Positions 1-12,974 of a DNA stretch of 35,061 nt are shown here, piece by piece (the first letter of the stretch is position 1; each line of letters starts with the position of its first letter). The stretch is from Thelocarpon superellum. Taxonomy: Eukaryota. The notes under the pieces are model-generated. The model saw only the letters and a program-made list of their open reading frames with translations, was not told the origin of the DNA and did no database searches. The position numbers were made by a program, and so were the translations under genes. The stretch is from NCBI GenBank assembly GCA_026025795.1, contig JAPEUG010000164.1, positions 1 to 35,061 of the forward strand. Reading direction: 5' to 3'.

Positions 1-550
1 ATCATTGTCCACCAGTTGTAATGTTACAGGTCTGTTTGGGCCGTAGGATTACAGTCAGGGAACCTAGTCCTCTCCATTCCGAAACGATAGAACGTGCTTC
101 CTGATGCAGTTGATGAAACGAACCTCTGCAGCATGTACCTGAGCGCTCAAGCGCCATTTGGATGTGCATGTAGAAAGGCGAGCGTGCCGGAGCTTGGCTA
201 GCAGCACGTGGATGTCGGACAGCTAGTTGACATGCCAGTCTTCCTTCTTCGTGGAAACTGGTACCAACGCCAGCCTAGCTCCCGGCCCCCCCTTTCCCTC
301 TTTCTGTCGCTCTTGCTCTCGCACACACACTCTCTCTCCTTCATCAAGTGCGTTGGCTGTCTGTCCGACCGTCCGTCCGTCCCCGATACAAGTCGATCAT
401 TACAGGCAATGCGCACGACCCGATACAACAGAGCGGACGAAGATACAGGTACAGTGAGAGGTGAAGGTACAGGCTACAACAAGGCAACAGAGACCGCCTT
501 CGCCGGGGGTATGTTTGCAATCAATCGGTACGAGGAAAACCGGTGCCACA

Positions 551-610
551 CTCGTGCTCTCGTGCTCTCGTGCTCTCATTCCCTCCTGCTCTCCTGCTCT
601 CCTGCTCTCA
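551..610 (+). repeat. 8-bp tandem repeat (CTCGTGCT/CTCCTGCT) downstream of the kinase gene
   Basis: ctcgtgct x3, one degenerate unit, then ctcctgct x3, read directly. Confidence 0.8.
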
Positions 611-744
611 TTTCTCCTTCTCCCTTCTCTCATTCCTCCTTCTCTGTTCCGGTCAGTCTAGAAGAAAAGTAGCATCACACGAGGCCAGGCGTCGAATCAA
701 ATGCGATGCGATGCCACCAATCAATCGATCAAACATGCACGAGT

Positions 745-3700
745 CTACAGGTCCATCACCGTTGACGCGGCCGTAGCGACGCTGGCGAGGTCGGCCACGT
801 CAGGAAGGGGCGCGGCGTGGGCGTGGGCGTCGGGCGGGCCGGCAACACCATCCGCCTCGCCCGTGCACCACGGATGATCGAGCACCTGGGCGATGGGGAT
901 GCGTTGGTCGACGTCGCGGTTGAGCATGAGCCGGATCAGGTCGATGCTGGACGGGCTCATGATGTAGGGCACGCGCAGATCGTGGTCCATGATCTCGTCG
1001 ATGCTGTAGAAGGGATTCTCCTTGTACACGATCGTGTACAGCAGGATGCCGAGCGCCCACACATCTTGCTCTTTGCCGCGGTACGACTTGCCCGCGAGCA
1101 CCTCGGGCGCGGCGTAGTCTGGCGAGGTGTTAGCTCCGGATCGCCGCTGCCGCTGCCGCCGCCTCTCCTTGACGCCCGCCACTCACCAATGGTCCCTACA
1201 AAGACATCAAACGGGCCATTCTTAATGTACGCTGCGCTGCCGAAATCAATCAGCTTGATGTTGCCCTCGCCATCCAGCACCACGTTCTCGTCCTTGATGT
1301 CGCGATGCACCACCAGCGCCTTGGCGTGCAGGTGGAAGATGGCCGCGGCCACCTGCTTAAAGATGCTCCGACACTCCGCCTCCTCCATGTTGACGCGCAG
1401 CTCGATGTAGTCGAATAGGTCCATGCCGGGCAAGCCGTGCGGCAGCATCTCGATGTAATAGTTCTGATCGTCCTCGAAAAAGTCCGACATCTCCACGATG
1501 TTGGGATGGCGCAGGCCGTCGCGGCGCAGGTAGTCGAGCACGTGGATCTCCAGCGGCACCGTGCCCAGCCGTCGGTCACGCGTCCAGGTGTCGACAAGGA
1601 TGCGACGCTTCGTCACGTACTTGAGCACCATCTTCCTCGACATGTTCCGCTTGTACCGCACCAGCTTCACCTGTCCGTACGCACCTTGACCCATCTCTTC
1701 GAGGATGACGAAATCCGTAATCGACTTCTTCTTGTCCAGTTCCGGGCTCGCTGACCCATCTCGTCCGTCAATGGTGGCGGTTCCCGCGCTGGCGCGGACC
1801 TGGGTAAGCGGTGGGCTGGCGATCGTGTGCGCCGTCGCGTCGGCGATCTGCTCGGTGAGCGGCGGCGCGGGCACGGCGACGGGATCGACACCATCGTCGT
1901 CCTCGTCCTCGGATAGGCCGCGCTGCGTTTGGCCCGGCGACGGTTGGTGTGGCGGCGCGTCATGGGCAGACAACGGCGTGGGCGTGGCGTCGTCGGCACT
2001 GCCGAGCGCATGGAGCTGGCGTGAGTATGTGATCCAGAGGGCGTACACGAGCTCCGTCAGTGCCAGTCCATTACGCCGGAGGCCGTTCGCCGCGTCGGGC
2101 TCGCCCTCTTCTTCCGCCGCCTCTTCGATGACGCTCTCGTCGACATCCGGCACGAAGCTGTCGCTCTTCACCACCCGCATCTGCACATCCACGCGGATCT
2201 CGGAGCCGTCACGATGTCGCGCTGGGAGCCCTGTGGGATTGAGAAAGCTGGCGACGACGTCAGGGCTCCCCTGGCGGAGGGCTTGTAAGGCGCGGGCGCG
2301 ACGGAAGCTGTGCTCGGGGATGACGATGCCGTCGACCAGACGCACGTCGTCCTCCTCGGTCAGGATGCGCAACAGCTCGTCGAATCCGGGAATGAGGTGG
2401 GTGATGGACAGGCCGTCGGGCTTGGCTTGGCCGAACAGGGCGGCGGAGAAGACGGAGTTAGAGCTGGTGATCTCAAGGGTCGAGGCCGAGAGGACCATCA
2501 TGCCGGCGATGTGCGGGAAGCTAGAGACACGCAGCGTGTCCGGCTCGCGCGCGCGGTCGACGGTGGCGGGGATGGCGAGCCGATCGGTGATGCGGGTGGT
2601 GAAGTATCGCCATCGTTCGAGCTCAGGGTAGTCGACACCACCGGTGCTGGCGACGCGCGGGAGATGCGGCATCAGTCGGTGAAGCTCGGTCTGGGGGCCG
2701 AAGCTCGGGACCCCCCAAATGGTGGCGCAGGCACCCTCAACCTCGACGACGTGCGCCGCGTCGTTCACGCGCACCAAGGCCACATCTTCGGTGATCTCCT
2801 CGAGCACCCAGATCAAGCAGCTTCGCTTCTCTTTGACCCACAGGCTGGCCGACCCGACGGCGCCGTTCCGCTTCTGAATGGGCACGACGTCGCCGCAGAG
2901 GAGGACACCGCGCGACTTGTTGCTGACGTGGTTGGCGCGCTTGACGGCCTTGGTCTTGATCATGTTCCCGCCGCTGCCGTCGTCCGTCTGGGCGCGGCGG
3001 TCGCGCCACGAGGGTTTGCTCAGCAGCCGGGCGGTGACGCCGGTGCCGGTGCCAGTGCCGGACCAGGGCGACGCGGTCGAGCTCGGGCTGGCCCGCTGGC
3101 TCTGGCTGTAAGGCTGACGAGCGCGCGCGGTGGCGTCGGCGCCGGGCAGGCGGAGCTTGGCCTCGAGCCAGCTGCGACGCTCCTCCTGCACGACTTCGAG
3201 GATGCCAATCTTGCGCACCTCGGCCTTGGTGACGCCAAAGACCAGGCAGGCGAGATCGTTGGCGGCGAGGATGGTCCAGGGCGCCGTGGCCTCGGTGGTG
3301 AAGATGGCCTGGGCGGCCGGGGCCCAGCGACTGGGGTGGCCGTGCACAGCGGCGCTGTGCAGGCCGGGTCGGGCCAGGCCAGACTGTGACGGACGCGGGA
3401 TGATGGGATCTTTGCGCGTTGGCCGCACCTCCAGCGCCTCGCCGGCGATGTAGGGTTGTGCTAGGGCTTCCATGAGCTTGTTCTGCAGGCTCAACGGTCC
3501 CGTATCCGTCATCGTCCGTTTCAGGCTAGAGGGACGCGTGAGCGGAGGTGAGGTGAGCGCGGTGGACTGGCTCTCGCTGGTCGCCGTTCTTGATGTCCCG
3601 GCCGAGGCTGGGCCTAGTGAGTCCCTTGAATGCTCGATTACCCGAGCGTCATCGCAGGGTTCCGTCTCTGTCGCGGCTGATGGCCGTGTCACGCCAACGG

Positions 3701-4984
3701 CCTCTACCTCCGCCTCCGCCGTCGGGGTGATCTTGTCCGTCGGAGGGAGGCTGTCGAGGTCCGCTGGACTCTCGGCGCGTGACGTGAAGTCTTTTTCAAA
3801 GACATTCTTGTCTTCATGGACGTGGGCCGGTCCCGTCAAAGGCCCCTCAACGATGCCCAGGCCTGGTAGGTTGGCGCGGGGGCGACCTACGAGGTTGGCG
3901 CGGGATAGGAGATCGAGCGCGCCCTGCAGCTCCTGGTCGCCATCCAGCTTGGCCTGGGCGCTGGCGAGGGCGGGATTGGCGCGGGCCCAGCCGAGACGAT
4001 CGCGCAAGAAGTCGACGGAACGCTTGAGGATGTTTTGTCGGATGTGGATGGAATCGTCGGTCTGGTGGGCAAAGGAGAAGGAATGCAGGGACTCGGAGGG
4101 GAAGCGGGAGAGATCCTCGCCAAGGTTCAACATGGGAGAGGCGGGGCCGGATGAGGCGTCGGAGAGCTGACGGCTGGAAGGGAGGTCGAAGATCATGGAG
4201 GATGAACGAGCGGGAAGCTCGACGGGGGCGAAAGCGGAGTCCAATGCTCCGCCTGACGGCCCACGCACCGCCGGCTGCTGACGGATCCGACGCAAGCCCG
4301 ACGCACCGAGGCCATGCTCGTGCTCGGCCATGATGGGAGAGCTATGAACGCGACGCACGTCAGCCGGGGGACGCGGATAGGGACGCGGGCGCGGTGGGGC
4401 TCACCGTGTCATGGCCTCGTAGTCAATGGCGGAGCTGGCATCAAAGGAGAAGCGCACACGGACGCGGTCGACGGCGGCGCTAGGTACCCCTTTGGACAGG
4501 AGATTACCTGTGCTACGGTTCTTGGGAAGCTTGAGGTCGTCAACGGACGACGACGGGCCCGGTGGGGCCGAGGCGCCCGAGGATGAGGAAGTGATGCCTG
4601 CGGTGACCGAGAGTTAGCCATGAGCCTGGGGATCATTCGCGTTGGGAGCTGGTAACGGCGGTGCAGGGCCGCGGGGCGCAACGGCAAAGGAGAAGGCCAG
4701 GGGATTCATGGCGCGCTGGTGGGTCCGGCGGGGTGGGTGGCATTAGGCGCCGCCTTGCAGGATCAGATCGGCCAACAGGGTGTAGGGTGTTGTTCGAGAA
4801 AGCACGCAGTATGACCAGCTCCCAGCTCGCAGGGTCGGGGGAAAAGGAAGGGGGGGAGGGGAGTGCGTGTGTCTGTCTGTTTGGGGGTTGGGGACGCAAC
4901 CGGGGATGTTTGACCGCCCTGCACCATCCACCATCCATCATGACATATGTACCCACCATGTTGCTTGGCATCTGATTCGAGCAT
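745..4984 (-). CDS. PSK1: PAS-domain Ser/Thr protein kinase (Psk1/Psk2/Ppk6-like); exons 4984-4957 (tentative), 4597-4405, 4342-1187, 1118-745
   Basis: C-terminal kinase domain with GQGAYGQV, VLKYVTK, HRDIKDEN, DFG and GTI|DYAAPE (joined across intron 1119-1186, GTGAGT..GCTAAC..CAG). PAS-like region AQAIFTTEATAPWTILAANDLACLVFG. Intron 4343-4404 (GTGAGC..GCTGAC..TAG) gives VRFSFDASSAIDYEAMTR|SPIMAEHE. The first exon and start codon are uncertain. Confidence 0.88.
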
Positions 4985-6370
4985 GCTTCCCGTGCACGCT
5001 CGCACGCACGATTGAGAAGCTTCCTCCTCTTCCTGCTCTTCCTCTGCTTGTTTCGCCCGGGACCAGCCGGCGACACGGCGCGCAGATGCAGGGAGGTCGG
5101 GTGGAGTGAGTTGCCTAAGAGTCGCGATGCATGTCGTGGCGCGGTCCGACAAGGGACGCTCTCGGGTTGCCGGCTTCTGGCGCTTTGGGGCGCGGGTGGG
5201 CGGATGACGCGCGTACCGCACCGGGAGGTGGGGCGGCACCGGCACCGGCACTGAGGGAGCTCAGTCAGCGGCGACTCTGATCGGCGACGCCAGGTGGAGG
5301 GCGAGATCCCAGCTGGAATACGCAGGGGAGGATCGAGGAGGAATGGGCGGTGGTACGGTCTTCGTACTCGCAAGGTTCGGGCGTCGTCGTAGGGCGTGAA
5401 GCGTCAGTTCAGATGAGACAGACACCAAGCACGGACAGCGGGCGTGGGACAGCGGACTACAGCTGGTGGAGGAGATGCGACGCGGGACGTGACATTAACA
5501 TTCTCTGGCGTTTGCTGTTATTTACGAGCACACTGGGCAACATCGTGCATTGCGGCTACGCTGCCTGCAGATCCTCTGAGTATCATACTATCATAGGTGG
5601 ACACGGACACGGATCGGATGACATGGCTTGATTACCGTCGGCTGCTTGCGCTCGGCGTCCTGTTGGATGGGCGGGCGGCGGGCGGTCGGCAGTCGAGGTG
5701 CCGATTTGTGGGCCAACGCCCCACTATAGCACCTTACTCATCCAGCTCCAACACGCGCGGGCACCAGGCGACACTGAAGAGCCAACAGCACGCCCGTTGC
5801 CCGTTAGTGACGGCACTAAGTCGGCATTACTCGTCCTACGAATGATTGGTAGTCCGAGTCCTCATGCTCTGTACGAAGTACTTTCGACTGCTGAGGACTG
5901 CCTCTGGACGTGAACCAGTAGTCCTGTCCTCTGCGGGCCCCGTTCACGCCAATCCTAAACGAGTGAGGCTGAGATAAGCCGAAAGCGGAGTGTCGAGTGT
6001 TGAGAGCAAGAGTTGTTGAGCTGGCCCTGGCCTGTTCGCGGGGCGCGAGGATACGAGGACGAGGACAACAATAGCACAGTGGCACGGGAGCACAATGGCA
6101 TGGTCAAGTCATTGCGAGCATCTCAATCCTATCGACCTCATCGGCGGATGGATGGCTCTGATCGTATCGTCGGTGGCCTACACTCACTCTCTTCCTTGGA
6201 AGCAGTAGGTGCGCATCCTTTGGCCATGTTGGCGTTCTATAGCGTCAGGTAAGCACTCTAGCATTCTACCATACCTCTCTGGATGCAGCACGCATGTACA
6301 AAGGATGCAAGGTGGATTGACCAAGGTATTTCGTGAATCATCAAGCACTATGCTTATTGGTGATCAGTAG

Positions 6371-7187
6371 CTACTCCTCGAAGAATCCCCCGTCACTGCC
6401 CTCTGATGCTTCTTTGTCCTCGAGCCCCTTGCGGGCGGCTTTCTTCTCGGGCTGCTTCGGCTTGGGCTTGGCCGCGATTGGTACTCGTCCCTTGCGCTTC
6501 ACATCTGACGAGGCCAGGCGTGGCGCAGCATTCGCCGTCTTTCCATAACGCAATTCATCCAAGTTACTGCCCTCCTCCATCCGCCGCTCAACCTCCTTCC
6601 AGAAGGTTGGCTTGGCCGGCTTTGCGTCGGATCCTTCCGTCGCTGGGGCAGCATAGAGGGCCGTGTATTTCTGATCGAGCGGCGAGTAGATGGCGTAGTG
6701 GAAGTCCACGTTGGTCTGGTGGATCTGTTGCCGGAGCTCGGCGGCCTCCTCCGTGGATGGGGATGCTGCCAGTCTCTTCCGTAACCGCTTCAACATCCGC
6801 GCTGCCTTTTTTCGCTCTACCCGCGAGAGACCATTAGCCATGCAGCAGATGCACCGATGCCGGAGTCATGCACGCACCAAAGAAGCGCACCATATGATAT
6901 TTCCGAATTATCTTCTGCCTCCGCTTCTCGTCTGTCGCCAGCTGGAGGTCCTGCTGATACTCGGCCAAGGCCCGCTCATGTTGCACCCGCACATCGGCCG
7001 GCAGCGAGTCGGAACGCTGCAGCAGCCGGGTCAGGTCCCGCACTTTCTTCCTCAACGGATTGATGGCGCTGGGGGCATGTGTGCCGGCGTCGGCGGGGGA
7101 AGGGTGTCGTCGTGCGTCATCCACTTTCCGTCTCGACCGATCTCCGCCAGATGGAGCCGACGCAGGGAGTGGCCGTTTGGGCCCCAT
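6371..7187 (-). CDS. EFG1: rRNA-processing protein Efg1; exons 7187-6878, 6816-6371
   Basis: INPLRKKVRDLTRLL, LPADVRVQHERAL, KYHMVRFF|ERKKAAR (intron 6817-6877 GTGCGT..GCTAAT..TAG), YAIYSPLDQKYTALY, C-terminal DGGFFEE. Confidence 0.92.
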
Positions 7188-7407
7188 ACAGCTGAGGGAT
7201 GCAGCGACCTCGGCGTACTTAGATTATGCTATGTGCTGAAGGATGTAGAGGAAGCAGGAAGGGGGACAGCCGGCGTGCTCGGACCGATGAACGAAACATG
7301 CATGCGGATGTGCACCGGAGTGGCCAATGGTCATGGTCCTGGCCCTTGCACCGGCTTAGTCCTGCTCGTCGCCGGCATCCACCTCCGTCCACCTCGACCC
7401 CACCAAC

Positions 7408-7446
7408 GCACCGACGCACCGACACACCGACACACCGACACACCGG
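7408..7446 (+). repeat. 8-bp tandem repeat CACCGAC(A/G) in the EFG1/SEA4 divergent intergenic region
   Basis: gcaccgac gcaccgac acaccgac acaccgac acaccgg. Confidence 0.8.
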
Positions 7447-7575
7447 CCCATGTCTGCCATTGAGCCCTCCCATCGAGTTGAGACCGCCGCAGGAGATGGA
7501 ATGACGGCATGATGGGATGAGCCTCCATGAGCCTCCCGTTGCCTTGTGCGGCCCTCCTGCCACCGGCCCTCGCTC

Positions 7576-7599
7576 GCCGCCGCCGCCGCCGCCGCCGCC
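7576..7599 (+). repeat. (GCC)8 directly abutting the SEA4 start codon
   Basis: eight gcc units followed by ATG at 7600. Confidence 0.9.
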
Positions 7600-10500
7600 A
7601 TGGACGCCGTCGTACGCTGGTCCCCCCACAGCACCCCCGACCAATCGCGCTTCGTCATCCTGAACCTCTCCGAGCATAATCTGAAGCTCTTCCAGGCCGA
7701 GCGGATCCAGGGCAGCGCCTTGCACTACCACCAGCTCACCCAACGCTCCAAGTTGCCCACCATCCGCGCCTTCGACTGGTCCCCCACCGACGAGGCCCTC
7801 GTCGCCTTTGGCCTTCCCTCGGGCGAGGCCACGCTGCTCCGGATCGACGACAAGTCCAACGAGCTCCTGTCTTTTGCCGTCAAGCACCAACGCCTTTGCA
7901 ATGCCGTCGCCCTCAGCACCAAGGGGCTCCTGGCCGCCGGCTTGGACAAGGTGCGCAACGACTTCTGCCTCAACATCTGGGATCTCGAGCATCGCCTGGC
8001 CAGCTGGGATCGCCGCTCCACCGGCTGGGCTTCGGCCCGGCCGCAATATGACCCCGTGCGTAAGCTCGCCACCTCCGAGACCATCTCGAGCATCAAGTTC
8101 TTCGCCCAGCAGCCCGACACCCTCGTCACGGGCGTCAAGGGCCAGTTCGTGCGCATCTACGACCTGCGTGAATCCCCCGGGAATCCCGTCGTGCAGTTCG
8201 CCACCCGCTGCGCTCATAGCCTCTCCATCGACCCCTTTGACGAGCACTACTTTGCCTCCGCCTCGGGCACGGGCGAGCCCATCGTGTGCATCTGGGATCG
8301 TCGCGTCACCCCGCACGCCTCGGCCGCCGCCATCCCTGCCGCCACCGTGCCCGTGGATTCCTACCAGGCCGGCGCCGTGTTGGAGCTCAAGAACTGCCTG
8401 ACCTATACCGATGCCGCTAAGCCGCCCAACATCTGGAGCGTGCGCTACTGCAAGCACAAGCGCGCCTCCCTAGGCATCCTGGGAAGCAACGGTCAGCTCC
8501 AGGTCTTTGAGACCGAGAAGGAATACTCCCCCCCAGACGCCAACCCCCCCTCGCATCTGTTGCGCACGCGCCTGAGTCGCGACGTGCAGTATCCGTACGA
8601 TGATGCGGCCCATGGTGGGACCAAGGACACCCGCATGGTCTCGTTTGACTTCGTTCCCGGGCCCTATCGCGTCGTCGGCTATCGCGCCGATGGTAATCTT
8701 GAGGTCTTTGCCTTCCGCGACCCCGCGCCGGTCTTCGACCTGAGCTTGCGTGGCGACCTTGTCATCGCCTACCGCGACCAGATCAAGACCATCGAACCAT
8801 CGCCCGCCACCGATCAGACGGTGGCGCAAATGATCCAGCATCTTCGCGCCAAACGTGCCGCCGCCCGGGCCGCCGACGATCAGGCGCATCAAGGACAGGC
8901 CAATGGTACGGCCAATGGCACGGCCAATGGCGCGGCCAATGGCGCGGCCAATGGCACCGCGGCCGACGTGCCACCCATCCGCACGCGTCGCGATGAGTGG
9001 CGGGCCATGCATGACCTGCTCGGCCCGTCCCAGCCGCCCTTGGACATCCACGACGTCCTGGCCTTGGGCACGGTGGAACGACGTCGGGCCGAGGCCGGCT
9101 ACTCGCTGAACTGCCGGCGAAACATCGACATACTGCAGGACGATCCCTGGCTGCAGGACGTGTGGCATTGGGTGGCCGGTAGGATCTTTCCCCTTTCCCC
9201 ATTCCCCTCGTCCATGGCGAAGACTAACGCCCGGGCTTACTTCAGGTGCGGAGGATGCCGCCAAAGACGGGGGCATGGTGCATCAAGGACTGGACCTGAG
9301 CTATCTCGGCGTGGCGGCCATCTGGGATGCCGATCTGGGTGGGTTCCTCCCTGTTGTTCCTCCCATCACCGCTAATCGATACAGGGCCCCACTTCTCCTC
9401 CCGCGTCGTGAACGACGGCGACGGTGACGGCGACGCGCCCACCACCACGGACTTTGTCGGCGCCGTGGCCGCCATCAACCGCCACTGCCAGCGGCCCGAC
9501 TTTGACGGGGTCGCCACGGCTTATCCCGAGCAGCGCAATCTCTGTCTGGCCATCTGCGGCTGGGCCCTCTCGCCTGAGGCTTTTGAGGACGAGTTGCGCC
9601 GGGTGGAAAAGGAGGGACCGCGCATGAAGGCGGCCGCCTGGGCCATGTTCCACGATCGTCCCAAGCGCGCCATCGAGGCCCTCTTCAAGGGCTCGGACGC
9701 GGAGAAGCTCGTGGCCATGGCGCTGGCCGGGTACTACGGCATGGCGGGCTTGTCCAAGGACGGGCACGACGAGGCCTGGGCGACGCTGTGCCGTGACGTC
9801 GCCCACGCCGCCCACGACCCCTGGTCCCGCGCCATCCTGGCCTTGGTGAGCACCAAGGACTGGGCCGCCGTCGTGGCCGAGGCGTCGTTGCCCTTGCGTG
9901 ATCGTGTCGGCGTCGCCTTGCGCTACTTCACCGACGACCAGCTGACCCCCTTCCTCGGGGAGCTGACGCGCGACTGCATCCAATGCGGCGACATCGAGGG
10001 CCTCTGCCTAACCGGCCTCACCCAGTCAACGCTCGACCTTTTCCACGCCTATGTGGCGCACACGGAGGATGTGCAGACGGCCGTCTTGGTTCTCTCCTTT
10101 GCCGTGCCGCTGTACATCCCCCCGGCGGCCAGTCGCGCCTTCGCCGCCTGGCGCGAGGCCTACCGGGCGCGCTTGGACCAGGGCCAACTGCACACCCAGC
10201 GCGCCCTCTACGACACCCACCACACCAAGAAGAGCCGGACCCAGGACGGCCGCATCCTCATTCGGCCGCCGCCACGGCAGGTCACCGTGCGCTGTAACTT
10301 CTGTGATGGGTCGATGGCGCATGAGGCCGATCCGGCCGCCAGCGCCGTCACGCGCCCCGAAGGCTCACGGCCCACGAGTGCCATCCACCCGGGCAATCCA
10401 CTAGCGGGCCCCGGCGCCAGCGCCGGCACCACCTGTACCCGCTGTCACCGTCATCTGCCGCGCTGTGGCGTGTGCATGATGTGGCTCGGCGTGCCCGATC

Positions 10501-10673
10501 CCGCGCGACCCGGCGGGTCGGCGGCGGTGGCGCAGGAGGATCCGATGGCGCGCTTCCTCAACTTTTGCAACATCTGCCACCATGGATACCACGCCAACCA
10601 CGCCCGCGACTGGTTTGCCACCCATCAGATGTGCCCGGTGCCGGAATGCACCTGCCTTTGTAATGCCACGTAA
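7600..10673 (+). CDS. SEA4: SEACAT/GATOR2 subunit Sea4 (MIOS homolog); exons 7600-9178, 9246-9338, 9385-10673
   Basis: N-terminal WD40 (LLAAGLDKVRNDFCLNIWD, VRIYDLR); central LPLRDRVGVALRY and GDIEGLCLTG; C-terminal RING-like LPRCGVCMMWLG..FCNICHHGYHANHARDWFATHQMCPVPECTCLC. Introns 9179-9245 and 9339-9384 are canonical. Confidence 0.93.
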
Positions 10674-10683
10674 GGCTGAGAGA

Positions 10684-10743
10684 GGGTCGGGGGTGAAGGG
10701 CGACGGGCGACGGGCGACGGGCGACGGGCGGAAGGGCGAAGGG
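10684..10743 (+). repeat. G-tract-rich 7-bp repeat (GGGCGAC)n just after the SEA4 stop
   Basis: nine runs of three or more G, including gggcgac x4. Confidence 0.85.
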
Positions 10744-11022
10744 CAAAGAGCGGAGAAAGGAAATGTGAGAGGATGATGCAGTCACGACGTGACGTCTTAC
10801 GCAGCGACTTGTGTCCCATATCTGTACAGCGTAGAGCCTCTCCGGCATGCATGATACCAACCTACGCAGATATCGTGAAGCCATCTCAGTCGCTCTGACT
10901 CATAGCCCGATCGATTTGCCATCTCCAGATGTCGGCACCAATAGCCGCCCTTTCTCTCGGTCGGCCTCCTCTTCTCTCCCCCGCCTCCACCTGGACTCGA
11001 ACAACGATGCAAGCAGAAGGCA

Positions 11023-11663
11023 ATGCCATCCAAGAACCCACGGAACGGCCGCGGTCCGAGCAACAGCCGCGACGTCACCGTGTCCAAGGCTGTGAGCTGG
11101 ATTCTCCGACACGGTGCGGCCAAAGAAGGCCTGACGCTCGACTCGCGAGGCTATGCCAGCGTCACCGATCTCGTACGTGATGACCTCAATGGCAAGAGAA
11201 ACCTGGCGAGCAAGCATGCATGCAAGCAAGCAAGCAAACAAGTCCTGACCGTCACGTTGCATCACAGCTGGCGTGGCAGAAACTTCGTTCGTTGCAGGTC
11301 ACCTTTGAAGAGCTCCAGCAGCTCGTTCGCAACAACGACAAGCAGCGTTTCTCGTTGATTCAACGACCGGCCAGCGGTGAGCCCAGCGAGGAGGATGCCC
11401 TCCCTGCGGCGACGGCAGAAGCCATCCCATCGATCGCCGTCGACAATGACCCCGCCCACTACCTGATCCGCGCAAACCAAGGCCATTCCATCGCCATTGA
11501 CTCCGCCGCCCTTCTGACCCCCATTCTCCCGACTGCTCTTCCCCCCGTCGCTGTGCACGGCACCTACCTGGCGGCCTGGCCTCGCATCGTGGCCGCTGGA
11601 GGACTGTCCCGCATGACTCGAACGCATATCCACTTCGCCGCGGCCGTCCCGTTGCTACCGCCG

Positions 11664-11699
<36 letters not shown>

Positions 11700-12104
11700 A
11701 CGTCTTCGTCTGCATCGTCCGAGCATGTCTCCACCCCGGCCGTCCTCTCGGGCATGCGAGCCAACGCCCAGCTGCTCATCTATGCCGACGTCGAGCGCAG
11801 CATCGCCGCCGGAATCTCCTGGTGGCGCAGTGACAACGGCGTGCTACTCACCGAAGGCACGAAAGAGACAGGCATCCTCAGAGTCGAATTCTTCCAGAAA
11901 GCCGAGGTTCGCGCCTCGGGCAAGATCCTATGGCAGGATGGGACAGAGGTTGACACGCTGACGGAGGAAGAGAAGAAGACGGCGGCCGTCAGGGTCGGAC
12001 CGGCTGGCGCGGGCCGAAAGGGTGGCAAGACGCCGAAGCCCAGGCTACCATCCGGGAGAGGGAATGATCTGAAGGATGATCTCGACGGGCTCCAGATCAG
12101 ATGA
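11023..12104 (+). CDS. TPT1: tRNA 2'-phosphotransferase Tpt1; exons 11023-11172, 11268-12104
   Basis: VSKAVSWILRHGA, NNDKQRFSL, IRANQGHS, HGT, GGLSRMTRTHIHFA, SGMR, SDNGVLLTEG; intron 11173-11267 GTACGT..CTGAC..CAG. Confidence 0.95.
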
Positions 12105-12444
12105 TGCCGATGTGACATTCAAGCATGTCAATTCAGGTCGAAGCAGCGCGCATGCACCCCTGGCCGTGGCGATTCTGGCAACTTCATGCCGGCCAGAATG
12201 TTCGGTGACGACGTGGCCCCCACCAGCCGGACGCCATCAACATCGGTGCAGATGATGCGAGATCCTTTCTGCCGCATTCTGGTACGACCGACTCATTGTC
12301 TATCTATTACCCTATGGTCCCTCGTCGAGGACGGACCCTCGCCATGTCATCGCGCCTTTCTCTGCTCATCTCACCTACAACACCGTCGCTGTACTACCCC
12401 AGTGCCACATGTTCTTTCATCATAGGCCATCGCCGTTCTGAATC

Positions 12445-12941
12445 ATGCTTCGATCACTCCTCGTGGCAGCAGTGCTTGGCGCCGCTCACGCCCTGGCGAG
12501 CGAGTATCCGGCATGCAACGAGACAGAGGTTGAGATGGTGAGAGATGCGGTGGCAAAGGCGCTACCCAAGATGCAATTGGCTCTGAATCCGTTGGTGGAC
12601 GGGGGGCAAGTTAGAACCAGCGACGGGAAAAGCAGCGAATGGGATAGGTGAGCATGGAGCACATGCGATAGGATGAAGTTGCGATGAGAAGTCGCCAATG
12701 GCTAACGATGGACGATTGCATCAGATACTTCCCGGGCTGTGACGCTTCCCTGGTTAAAGCCATCTATGGTGCCATGTTCAACAGCACCGCGACGCCGACT
12801 TGTATCCCCCCCGGCGACGAGGCATGCGGAGTTTCGAGCCCCTTCATCGGTCTTCACTACCGAGAGGACGCGCAGGCTTTCTGCCCGGCCTTCTTCCGCT
12901 GGGCCAGTACCTTTGCAGGCAATGGCACCTGCTGCAGCAGC

Positions 12942-12974
<33 letters not shown>

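Noticed and set aside
198..776. Short ORFs in the first 750 bp
   Set aside because: They lie in CT-rich, repeat-containing 3'UTR or intergenic sequence and have no domain-like features.
1705..4170. Long antisense ORFs over the kinase (also 7219-8457, 14326-15207, 21622-22434, 30309-31049)
   Set aside because: These are shadow ORFs caused by GC-rich codon bias of the real genes on the opposite strand.
6344..6373. EFG1 stop context TAG-CTA as a readthrough or cryptic peroxisomal signal
   Set aside because: The known efficient motif is TGA-CTA, and the extension would end ..KHSA, which is not a PTS1.
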